Positions 20,376-29,564 of a DNA stretch of 60,328 nt are shown piece by piece. The stretch's first letter is position 1; each line of letters begins with the position of its first letter. The stretch comes from an uncultured Nannocystaceae bacterium (GTDB taxonomy: Bacteria > Myxococcota_A > Bradymonadia > UBA7976 > UBA1532). The notes under the pieces are model-generated. The model did no database searches. It was given only the letters and a program-made list of their open reading frames with translations, and was not told the origin of the DNA. A program made the position numbers and the translations under genes. The stretch covers positions 1 to 60,328 of the forward strand of contig CAYLJJ010000029.1 in NCBI GenBank assembly GCA_964384025.1, given 5' to 3'.

Positions 20376-20927
20376 TCAGATCAGTTTCTTTTTGAGTTCC
20401 AACAGAGGGGCCCAGCGGGGGTCGATGGGCTCAGGCTCAGGCTCCTCCAGGGAGACACAGACAGCCTCTACGCTGGCGCAGTTTGGGTTCATCGGGAGAG
20501 CCAACAGGATCTCTTCCCGAAAAACCACCTTGAGATCAACCTCTACTCCAGAGAAGTTATACACCTCTGGGGCTTGATCCTGCTCATCCAAGTTGATCTC
20601 TTCTAAGCCTTCTTGGGGAGGCTCCCCTTGAGCGAGAGTGACTTGAACCTTCTGCTTCAGATGCAGCTCCTGTTCGTTGAGGCAACGAACACAGGCAAAG
20701 TTCAACTTGAGGTCAAACTCCCCCTTAAGGAAGATCTCTCCACCCTCAACTCGGTAAAGCTCGCCCTTCAAATGTGCAGGACCAGGGACCCCATAACCCA
20801 AATCCCCCAAGAGACCTTTTAAATCGGGGAGAAGGTAGGTGGCAGAGAGTTCCCCCTCGAAGGGGGTCATCTGAGCACCCAGCTCATCCAACCTAAATTT
20901 TAGGGGGAGAGGTTTCATAACCCTCAT
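20376..20927 (-). CDS. yceD: YceD/DUF177 family protein
   Basis: 183 aa. Conserved CxRCL...C motif (FACVRCLNE). Canonical position upstream of rpmF-plsX. Confidence 0.7.
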   Translation of the reverse strand: MRVMKPLPLKFRLDELGAQMTPFEGELSATYLLPDLKGLLGDLGYGVPGPAHLKGELYRVEGGEIFLKGEFDLKLNFACVRCLNEQELHLKQKVQVTLAQGEPPQEGLEEINLDEQDQAPEVYNFSGVEVDLKVVFREEILLALPMNPNCASVEAVCVSLEEPEPEPIDPRWAPLLELKKKLI

Positions 20928-21102
20928 CGAGTATAGGGAGGCGGCACTCTAGCGATCTGATCTGCCCCTGTCAATCGCTCTATTCCCTCCCAGTCCCAGC
21001 TTTTGAAGAGGCACATGATCAAGCAGAGAGAGCTGGCTTGCATCGATCCGAACGGTGTTTACTATAGAGCGCTTTTTTTGCAAGTTTATGGGAGGAGCGA
21101 GG

Positions 21103-23964
21103 ATGCTCCAGTTTCTTCAGAAGGTCTTTGGGAGCGCCAATGATCGCGCTCTGAAAAAGATCCAACCTCTGCTCCAGCGTGTCAACGCCTTTGAGCCCAA
21201 GATCAAGGCCCTAGATAACGCTGATTTGAAGGCGATGACAGCTCAATTCAAGGAGCGGCTGGAGCGAGGAGAGTCTCTAGATGCGCTTCTCCCTGAGTCC
21301 TTCGCGGTTGCTCGGGAAGCCGCCTGGAGAGTACTGGGAATGCGACCTTATGATGTACAGATCATCGGGGGTATTGCGCTTCACCAAGGCCGCATCTGTG
21401 AGATGAAGACGGGAGAGGGTAAGACCCTCGTAGCCACCCTGCCTTGCTACCTTAACGGCCTCAGCGGAGAGGGCGTCCATGTCATCACGGTTAACGACTA
21501 TCTGGCTCGACGTGACGCTGAGTGGATGGGACAGCTCTACCGCTGGTTGGGGCTCTCTGTGGGGATCAATGTTCATGAGCTGGACGATCAGGGACGCCAA
21601 GCCGCCTACAACTCAGATATAACCTATGGCCAAAACAATGAGTTTGGCTTCGATTATCTCCGCGATAATATGAAATATGGCCTGAGCGATTATGTACAAC
21701 GAGAGCTGAACTACGCCATCATCGATGAGGTCGATTCCATCCTCATTGATGAGTCCCGTACGCCTTTGATCATCAGCGGCCCTGCCGAGGACTCCTCAGA
21801 ACTCTATGTCAGTGTGGATAAGCTGATCCCTCGCCTCAAGAAGGATATCCACTACAACGTAGATGAGAAAGCCCACGCTGCGACTTTGACAGAAGATGGG
21901 GTGGAGCGTTTGGAGCAGATGCTTGAGGTGGACAACCTCTATGAGCCGGGTAACATCGTCCTGCTCCACCATGTCAATAACGCTCTTCGCGCCCACACCA
22001 TGTATCGCCGTGATGTGCACTATCTGGTCAAGTCGGGCGAGGTGATCATCATCGATGAGCACACCGGACGTCTGATGTCTGGGCGACGGTGGTCTGATGG
22101 TCTCCATCAGGCGGTGGAGGCCAAAGAGGGGGTCCATATCCAGTCGGAGAACCAGACCCTGGCGACCGTCTCCTTTCAGAACTATTTCCGCCTCTACAAA
22201 AAATTGGCAGGGATGACAGGGACAGCCAAGACAGAGGAGGAGGAGTTCCAGAAGACCTATGAGCGCGACACGGTGGTGATCCCCACCAATGAATCCATTC
22301 AGCGCTTTGATCAACCCGACACGGTCTATCGCACCGAACGGGGGAAGTTCCGCGCCTGTGTCTCTCAGATCAAAGAGTGTCACGCCAAGGGTCAGCCCGT
22401 GTTGGTGGGCACCACCAGCGTAGAGAAATCGGAGATCATCCACCGGATGCTTAAAAAGGAGGGGATCGATCACAGCGTCCTCAACGCCAAGCATCACCTC
22501 AAAGAAGCTTCCATCGTCGCCCAGGCGGGACGCCTGGGTTCTGTCACCGTGGCCACCAATATGGCGGGTCGTGGGACAGATATCATCTTGGGAGGCAACA
22601 CCGAGCATTGGGGTCAGTCTCTTCTGGAGGAGGAGGGCTATGGCGTTCGACATACCGAAGAGTGGGAGAAGCTGGAGGATTTCGTTAAGCAAATCTGCAT
22701 CCACAACGAAGAGAACGCCCGGCAGATGTTGAAGGAGGAGGAGGTCCTCTCCCATATCCCGGAAGAGGTCATCGCTCGCATCGCTGAGACTCGGGATATT
22801 TTTGGTCGAGAGCAGAAAGAGGTCCTGGGCGCTGGGGGGCTCTTTATCCTGGGTACAGAGCGCCATGAGAGTCGTCGCATCGACAATCAGCTCCGTGGAC
22901 GCTCAGGGCGTCAGGGTGATCCAGGTGAGAGCCGCTTCTTTCTCTCCCTGGAGGACGATCTCATGCGGATCTTCGCCAATGATCGTATCGCCGGTATCAT
23001 GGAGCGCTTGGGGATGAGCGATGATGCGCCCATCGAACACAAGATGGTCAGCAAAGCGATCGAGAATGCTCAAGAGCGCGTGGAAGCTCAACACTTTGAC
23101 GCCCGTAAGAACCTCCTCGAATATGACGACGTGATGGATCAGCAGCGCAAGACCATCTACGGATGGCGTCTTAGGATCCTCAGCGCGACTGAAGAGAGCC
23201 TATCTGAGATGTGCTTGGACGCCATCGACGACCTGGTTAACAACATGGTTGAGGGACATTGCAACGATCAGATGCGTCCTGAAGAGTGGGATGTTGGGGC
23301 GCTTGAGGAGAACACCCTCTTTCAGTTTAACCACAAGGTCGATCTCTCAGATCTACCTTTGGCTAAGCCCCGATTTAAGGAGCGCATCTACTTTGATGTG
23401 GAGAAGCCCTTCCAGGCCAAGACAGAGGAGGTCAACCAAACCCAAGAGGGGCTGATGCTCCGCCTGCAGAAGGATCTCTTCTTACGGCAGATCGACGAGC
23501 AGTGGAAGCAGCACCTCCAGACCATGGATCAGCTGAGAACCGGTATCGGCCTCCGCGGCTATGGGCAGCGGGATCCTAAGAAGGAGTATCAGAAGGAGGG
23601 CTACCGCCTCTTCCAAGATCTCCTTATCAATATCAAGTCCCAGGTGATGGGCCAGCTCTACCGCCTAAAGGTGAAGTCGGAAGAGGAGGTTAGGCGGGAG
23701 GAGGAGGCTTATAGGCGACAGATCGAGGAGCGCCAACGGCAGATGAAGATGTTGGCCTCTCAGGTGGACAAGTATGATCCCTCCAGCCAGAAGGGTCCCG
23801 ACCCAGATGAGGTCTTGGCGCCCAAACGCTCTGGACGACGGGTCACCGGGACCGTGCGACGCCAACGCCCTAAGATAGGCCGCAACGATCCCTGCTGGTG
23901 TGGCAGCGGGAAGAAGTATAAGAAGTGCCATATGGGTAAGGAGAGCGCGCCTAAGGAGAGCTAA
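21103..23964 (+). CDS. secA: preprotein translocase ATPase SecA
   Basis: ORF 21055..23964. GGGAGGAG precedes the ATG at 21103 (MLQFLQKVFGSANDRALKK). DEAD-like motor motifs (MKTGEGKTLVATLP; DEVDSILIDE; TNMAGRGTDI). C-terminal Zn finger CWCGSGKKYKKCH. Confidence 0.95.
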   Translation: MLQFLQKVFGSANDRALKKIQPLLQRVNAFEPKIKALDNADLKAMTAQFKERLERGESLDALLPESFAVAREAAWRVLGMRPYDVQIIGGIALHQGRICEMKTGEGKTLVATLPCYLNGLSGEGVHVITVNDYLARRDAEWMGQLYRWLGLSVGINVHELDDQGRQAAYNSDITYGQNNEFGFDYLRDNMKYGLSDYVQRELNYAIIDEVDSILIDESRTPLIISGPAEDSSELYVSVDKLIPRLKKDIHYNVDEKAHAATLTEDGVERLEQMLEVDNLYEPGNIVLLHHVNNALRAHTMYRRDVHYLVKSGEVIIIDEHTGRLMSGRRWSDGLHQAVEAKEGVHIQSENQTLATVSFQNYFRLYKKLAGMTGTAKTEEEEFQKTYERDTVVIPTNESIQRFDQPDTVYRTERGKFRACVSQIKECHAKGQPVLVGTTSVEKSEIIHRMLKKEGIDHSVLNAKHHLKEASIVAQAGRLGSVTVATNMAGRGTDIILGGNTEHWGQSLLEEEGYGVRHTEEWEKLEDFVKQICIHNEENARQMLKEEEVLSHIPEEVIARIAETRDIFGREQKEVLGAGGLFILGTERHESRRIDNQLRGRSGRQGDPGESRFFLSLEDDLMRIFANDRIAGIMERLGMSDDAPIEHKMVSKAIENAQERVEAQHFDARKNLLEYDDVMDQQRKTIYGWRLRILSATEESLSEMCLDAIDDLVNNMVEGHCNDQMRPEEWDVGALEENTLFQFNHKVDLSDLPLAKPRFKERIYFDVEKPFQAKTEEVNQTQEGLMLRLQKDLFLRQIDEQWKQHLQTMDQLRTGIGLRGYGQRDPKKEYQKEGYRLFQDLLINIKSQVMGQLYRLKVKSEEEVRREEEAYRRQIEERQRQMKMLASQVDKYDPSSQKGPDPDEVLAPKRSGRRVTGTVRRQRPKIGRNDPCWCGSGKKYKKCHMGKESAPKES

Positions 23965-23974
23965 ACAGATAAAT

Positions 23975-24008
23975 ATCGATATATGATTATCGATGTTCTC
24001 TTTTTTTC
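23975..24008 (+). terminator. inverted repeat ATCGATA-N6-TATCGAT followed by a CTCTTTTTTTCC tract, 10 bp after the secA stop
   Basis: Seen directly. The stem is AT-rich and weak, but it is followed by a T7 run. It could be the secA terminator and/or an operator for the MVP-like gene. Confidence 0.35.
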
Positions 24009-24166
24009 CCTCCAGATGATCCCCAAAACGCTCCCAAGCCTACAAGGCACAGCCTCTGCACAGGGGCCGCTCACTTCAAAGAACCTCAGCTTCAGGCTTT
24101 ACCCCAGGTCGCTAGAGGAGGAGACTCTCAGCGACCCTTTCAGTGGGAGACACCAAGGGAGAGAGA

Positions 24167-26680
24167 ATGAGTCGAGATCGTATCGAGCGAGATGATTACG
24201 CCGCGCGCAGAGGACGAACCACCAGCAATGAGTTGGTTCTGAGCGTTGGAGAGTATGCCTTCACTCAGGACACCACCTCCGGGATCATCAAGGTCCACAC
24301 AGGGCCTACGGTGGTCAACGTCACCGGCCAGGAGTTCTCTGTCACTTACGACCTGGAGAGCAGGCATTTTAAGCGCATCTCTCTAGAAGAGGCGCGGCAG
24401 AAGAGCCCGCTGGCACCCCAAGGACACTACTGCATCCTCTGGAACCCCGCTCTGGATGAGCGCCACCCTACAGAGCGAGATAAGCTGGTCGCCCCCGACC
24501 TGCTCATGGGGCAGCGGGTTAATATCCCCGGTCCCTGCACCTTCTCGCTCTGGCCCCAACAGAGCGCTCAGGTCTTAGAAGGGCACCATCTGCGCTCCAA
24601 TCAGTACCTCCTGGTGCGGGTCTATGATGAGGAGCAGGCCAACAAGAATTGGGGGACAGCGGTGGTCAAGCCTGCTCAGGGAGAGGCGGAGGAGGAGCTG
24701 ACCGTCCCCGCCCCTGAGGCGCTCAATGTAGGGCGGCTGATCATCATCCGAGGGGATTCAGTCTCCTTTTATATTCCTCCCACCGGGGTAGAAGTGGTCC
24801 CCGATGATGAGAAGAACTATGTACGTGAGGCCCTCACCCTAGAGCGCCTGGAGTACGCCATTCTCATTGATGAGAATGGCAACAAGCGCTATGAGCGTGG
24901 TCCTCAGGTGGTATTTCCCCAGCCCACGGAGCACTTCTTTGAGGAGCAGACCAAAAAGGGGGGGCGTATTCGGGCCTTTAAGCCGATCGAGCTCAACGAG
25001 ATCCAGGGCCTTCACATTAAGGTGATCGCCGACTATGAGGAGCTGGGGGTTCAGTATAAGGAGGGCAAGGAGCTGTTTATCACAGGGAAGGATATCCAGA
25101 TCTACTTCCCCCGTCAGGAACACTCCCTGGTCTCCTACGATGGTAAGTCCAAGCACTTCGCTACGGCGGTGCCGGCTGGAGAGGCCCGCTATGTGATGAA
25201 TCGCAAGACGGGGCAGATCCGCATGGTGAAGGGACCCACCATGCTCCTCCCTGATCCTCGAGATGAGGTGATCGTTCGTCGGGTGCTCTCTGATAAGGAG
25301 TGCGCGCTCTGGTATCCAGGGAATCAAGAAGCCCAGACCTATAATCAGCACCTCCGCAGCCTCTCTCGCCGCGCTCCCACTACCCGGCGGGGTGTGGTCA
25401 GTGAGGGAGAGGTGGGTCGCAGCCGCAAGCTCAAGGGCTATCGTGGGCAGAGGACAGAGAGCAGCAACGTCAGTTCTGACAGCCACGCTGTCGTCGCCGA
25501 TGAGTTCTCGCGGGGCTCAACTTACACTGAGCCCCGCACCGTCACCCTAGACACTAAGTTTGCCGGGGTCCCCACCCTGGACATCTGGACGGGCTACGCG
25601 GTGATGCTTATCTCCCGAACGGGAGAGCGCAAAGTAGAGATGGGCCCGGTCAGTCTCCTCCTGGGCTACGACGAGAGCCTTGAGGTGCTGCAGATGAGCA
25701 CTCAGACACCCAAGAACAAAGAGGAGCTGATCCGCACTGTCTACCTGAGGGTCAAGAACAACCAGGTCAGCGATGAGGTGGAGGCGGAGACCCGCGATCA
25801 TGTCAAGGTCTCAGTGATCCTCTCTCTGCGGGTCAACTTCGAGGGAGAGCCCAAGCTCTGGTTTGAGGTGGAGAACTACGTCCAGTTCCTCTGTGATCAT
25901 GTGCGCAGCCTGCTTAAGGCTCATATCCGCCAGGTCCCTGTGGAGGAGTTCTACGCCCGCACCGAGGACTTTGTCCGCGATGTGATCCTGGGAAAGAAGA
26001 TCGACGATCGGCGAGAGGGTCGCTTCTTCTCCGAGAATGGCATGCGCATCAAGGATGTGGAGGTCCTTCAGGTCAAACTGGGAGACAGCCGTATCGCTCA
26101 GCTCCTTAATGAGGCTCAACACAGCGCGGTGGAGTCCAACATCGCTCTGGCCAAGGCGGAGAAGGAGCTTGAGGTCGGTAAGCGGATGGAGAGCATCCAG
26201 CAAGAGAAGCTGGAGGCGGAGGCGGAGACCGCTCGCCACAAAGCAAATCTCAGCGTAAACGCGATCAAGCGGGATCTAGATGTTCGCTTGAGCCGGGTGA
26301 CCGCCACTGTTCAGGAGCAGCAGGAGCGCATCGAGGCTCAAAAGGCCACCGACATGGTCGCCAACCTCGCTCAGGAGGCTGCCCTAGAGCGAGAACGCTT
26401 GGAGCAGAAACAGGAGTTGGATCTAGAGAAGGAGCGGCAAGGTCTTCATCTGGACAACCTCAACGCAGAGACTCAGGCGATGGTAGCGCGCTTTGGTGCT
26501 GCGCAGGAGGGCTTCTCTGAGGCCCTGCTCTCTCTGAGCCAGAAGGAGACCTTGGTGAAGGTGGCCGAGGCGCTCTCCGTGCAGAAGATGCTGGGAGGGG
26601 ACAGCTTCGTTGAGGTGGTTCAGAAGATCTTTGAGAACAGTCCTCTGGCGGGGCTCTTGAACGCTGATAAGGAGGAGTGA
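24167..26680 (+). CDS. major vault protein (MVP)-like protein: N-terminal vault repeats, SPFH-like shoulder and C-terminal coiled-coil cap-helix
   Basis: ORF-track start is a GTG at 24143; an ATG at 24167 is preceded by AAGGGAGAG. The translation (837 aa) aligns by eye along its whole length with eukaryotic MVP. Examples are [23 protein letters not shown] ~ [36 protein letters not shown] ~ PRHYCTVANPV / [26 protein letters not shown] ~ AIPLDENEGIYV; and [27 protein letters not shown] ~ [25 protein letters not shown]. Further matches are [19 protein letters not shown] ~ ETADHARLQLQLAYNWHFE and a Glu/Ala/Arg-rich coiled-coil tail ~ cap-helix. Confidence 0.75.
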   Translation: [837 protein letters not shown]

Positions 26681-27721
26681 TCAGCTCTCTCTGGGAGTGA
26701 TCTCTTTTTTCAATATCGGAGCGGCCTTGAGCGCAGCCTTGCCCTCTTTTACATAGACTCGAAAGTGAACATCCGAGCAGGCGAAGCGATCGATGAGCGT
26801 GCGGCGGGTGCGCAAAAGACGCTCCCGAAAGCGAAGGTAGTCCAGAGCCGCTGTAGCCTCACCACAGCGAGACTTGGCCTCTCGAAAATCTCCAAAAATC
26901 GCCTCCAGGCTGGACTCTAACTCGGGAGACTGCTTGGGACTCCTCTCCTCCAGTTTTAGGGGTTTGTTGGGGAGTAGCTCCTCTGAAGGGCTCTTTTCTC
27001 TGCTTGATCTCTGTTCCAATAAAACCCCTAAGAGCCAAGCTCCAAGGATAACGGTCAATAGGCTCATGGTTCTACGAAGCTCTGAGCGGGCCGCCGCGAT
27101 GATTTTCATCAAGCTCAACCGAGACTTCTCCGGGTATCTCAGCGCCAGTCCCAGACCAGGCAGCTCAGGAGAGGATCTCCAACCGCTGCCTTTGGAAGGG
27201 CTCTTCCCTCCTGCCAGGAGGCTGATCCCCGGATATAGATCTCCAGGGAGTGGGACAAGCTGCAACAGTACACCGGAGCCAACTGGAACTCTCAACAACC
27301 AGTGATGCCTTGAGCCTCCACCTGGATATTTCAAGAGATGACGGCTCTCCGGCTTCTCCAAGGCCAGGAGCTGAGGCTCTGTTGCCCAGGGTTGAGCTGC
27401 AGGGGAATGAACCAAGACTTCTGCCTCTTGATCCAGGAGAAGCCAAGCGGGGTTGGGCTCCAAAAGCTCAAGAGCGTCCAGGCTGGGGGCTGTCTCTCCT
27501 ACCTCCAGAGCCAAAAGCAGCGCGGGATCCAAGGCCAAGGTTTTCAGGACACGCTCTTGCTCCTTCAAGCCCGTTTCAATCTGTTTCAGCAGCGCCTCCG
27601 CCTCAAGTTCCAGGCGCTGCCGCGCTGGCTCCGCTTGATCCTTCAGCATAGAGTAGGTCCCGCTCAGACCCAGGGCCAAGAGCAGGAGCAGTGATAGATA
27701 CCAGCTTCGCGCCCACCACAT
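26681..27721 (-). CDS. hypothetical membrane-anchored protein (N-terminal TM, coiled-coil-rich)
   Basis: 346-aa ORF convergent with the MVP-like gene. MWWARSWYLSLLLLLALGLSG TM/signal anchor. Downstream of the GT2 gene on the same strand. Confidence 0.35.
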   Translation of the reverse strand: MWWARSWYLSLLLLLALGLSGTYSMLKDQAEPARQRLELEAEALLKQIETGLKEQERVLKTLALDPALLLALEVGETAPSLDALELLEPNPAWLLLDQEAEVLVHSPAAQPWATEPQLLALEKPESRHLLKYPGGGSRHHWLLRVPVGSGVLLQLVPLPGDLYPGISLLAGGKSPSKGSGWRSSPELPGLGLALRYPEKSRLSLMKIIAAARSELRRTMSLLTVILGAWLLGVLLEQRSSREKSPSEELLPNKPLKLEERSPKQSPELESSLEAIFGDFREAKSRCGEATAALDYLRFRERLLRTRRTLIDRFACSDVHFRVYVKEGKAALKAAPILKKEITPRES

Positions 27722-27938
27722 CAGCAGATCTCACTCCAAGCAAAGGATATCTTTAACCTGTCCCAGAGCCAGAGAGCCAGCCCCAAGAGTAGAGGGGAAA
27801 GCTTTAGGGTTAGAAACGGCGCCTTGAATTTGGAGGATTGAGTGAGCCTCATCTCCCTACACCAGGATGATGAAGGCTGAGATGATCTTTGGAGGGTGGA
27901 GGAAGGAAGGAAAGAGTGCCCCCTCCTGATTGATAAAA

Positions 27939-29435
27939 TCAGGTAGATGTGACGGTTTTTTGTTCTCGTCGACGGAAAGACCACTGAAACAGGCTCATCA
28001 ATCCGGTATAGAGGAAACCAAATTGGAAGAGCAGCATAAATGGCAATGCCATCCAAAGTTCAGACTGAACGCAGTAGAAAACTGTGTATGTGTAATAAAA
28101 TCCTAAGAAGAGTTCAATATATGGCAGATAATTACGTCCCCCTCGATACTTTTTCTTCTTACTGATTTCAGCCTTTTTTCCATCTACGGCCAATTTTGGA
28201 GTACGCACAAAGGGGGTCTCATGACCAAAGAGAGCTTCTATGGTTGCTTTAGCATTGTTCACCGAAAGACCAATGCCCAAAGCCAGGACAAAGGGCAGAA
28301 AGATGATCGATTGCCACCAATGGTCCCAATGTGCAGCCTCTCGTTGGCTCACTAGATAGAAAAAGCAAACTGAGACCGTTGCTCCTAAGAAGAAGGGCAA
28401 ATCTAAAAGAAGTGATGATTGATACATCGCATTTTCTACTCTAATATGCAGAGAGAAGGGCATCAGTAGAGAGAGGATGATCATCATCACATAGGCAACA
28501 TTGTTGGTCAGATGGATAAAAGCTTCCATCTTAACCTTGAAGGAAAGGTTGCTTTTGAGGATACGAGGGAGCAGTTTGAGTGCTACTTGAATCGAGCCTT
28601 TAGCCCAGCGATGTTGCTGAGTCTTAAAGGCGTTCATCTCAACCGGTACCTCGGCTGGAGAGAGCAGATCGTTGAGAAAAACAAAACGCCAACCCTCCAG
28701 TTGAGCACGGTAGGAGAGGTCAAGATCCTCAGTGAGGGTATCATGTTGCCAACCCCCAGCTTCCTCGATACAGGTTTGCCTCCAAATTCCAGCAGTTCCG
28801 TTGAAATTAAAGAAGCGTCCAGAGCGGTTTCGAGCAGTGTGCTCGATCATGAAGTGTCCATCCAAGAGGATGCTCTGGGCTTGTGTCAAAAAAGAGTAGT
28901 TTCGGTTGATGTGGTCCCAACGAGTCTGGACCATCCCGATTCCCTCATCTTTGAAGTAGGGTGTCGTTACTTCCAGGAAGTTCTCTGGAGGTAGGAAGTC
29001 TGCGTCAAAGACTGCGATCAGCTCTCCCTGAGCGACCTCCATTCCTTCTTGAAGTGCCCCCGCTTTGAAACCTTCTCGGTTGGTTCGATGGATATAGACG
29101 ATCTGAACGCCCTTCTCCTGCCATTCCTCGACTTTGGCTCGGGCGATCTCTTGGGTATCGTCCGTGGAGTCGTCGAGGATCTGGATCTCCAAAGCCTCCT
29201 TGGGGTAGCGGATACGGCAGACTTGGTCGATCAAACGTCCGACCACGTAGCGTTCGTTAAAGAGGGGGAGTTGAATGGTGACCTTGGGTAGGTCTTTGGC
29301 CTCTCCAGGCACCACCGGTCTCTGCTTCTTGTGCCGATAGTACAAAAAAGCCATGTGATACCGGTGGCCGCCATAGAAACTCAGGCCAACCAGAACCCCG
29401 AAATACACCAACAGGAAGATGATTTCGCCGGGCAT
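27939..29435 (-). CDS. family 2 processive beta-glycosyltransferase (cellulose-synthase-like / NodC-like)
   Basis: 498 aa. An N-terminal TM is followed by QILDDSTDDT (D,D), DADF (DxD) and QHRWAKG (QxxRW), then a multi-TM C-terminal region. This is the classic GT2 processive synthase signature. Confidence 0.8.
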   Translation of the reverse strand: MPGEIIFLLVYFGVLVGLSFYGGHRYHMAFLYYRHKKQRPVVPGEAKDLPKVTIQLPLFNERYVVGRLIDQVCRIRYPKEALEIQILDDSTDDTQEIARAKVEEWQEKGVQIVYIHRTNREGFKAGALQEGMEVAQGELIAVFDADFLPPENFLEVTTPYFKDEGIGMVQTRWDHINRNYSFLTQAQSILLDGHFMIEHTARNRSGRFFNFNGTAGIWRQTCIEEAGGWQHDTLTEDLDLSYRAQLEGWRFVFLNDLLSPAEVPVEMNAFKTQQHRWAKGSIQVALKLLPRILKSNLSFKVKMEAFIHLTNNVAYVMMIILSLLMPFSLHIRVENAMYQSSLLLDLPFFLGATVSVCFFYLVSQREAAHWDHWWQSIIFLPFVLALGIGLSVNNAKATIEALFGHETPFVRTPKLAVDGKKAEISKKKKYRGGRNYLPYIELFLGFYYTYTVFYCVQSELWMALPFMLLFQFGFLYTGLMSLFQWSFRRREQKTVTST

Positions 29436-29564
29436 CCTCGAATTTCCACTGGTTTTAAGCCGGCGCAGTATAGGGAGGCCTCATTCTGCTGTCAACGGGG
29501 GAATTGGGAGAAGAGAAGGGAACGAGGTGGAAGCCTTATGCTGCTCTGGAAGGAGTGAGGGCTC

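Noticed and set aside
24143-24166. GTG start at 24143 for the MVP-like gene
   Set aside because: The ATG at 24167 has a well-spaced AAGGGAGAG RBS. The 8 extra residues are not conserved relative to MVP.
27721-28056. 111-aa ORF overlapping the 3' end of the GT2 gene
   Set aside because: Out-of-frame overlap with a well-supported CDS and no independent signal.
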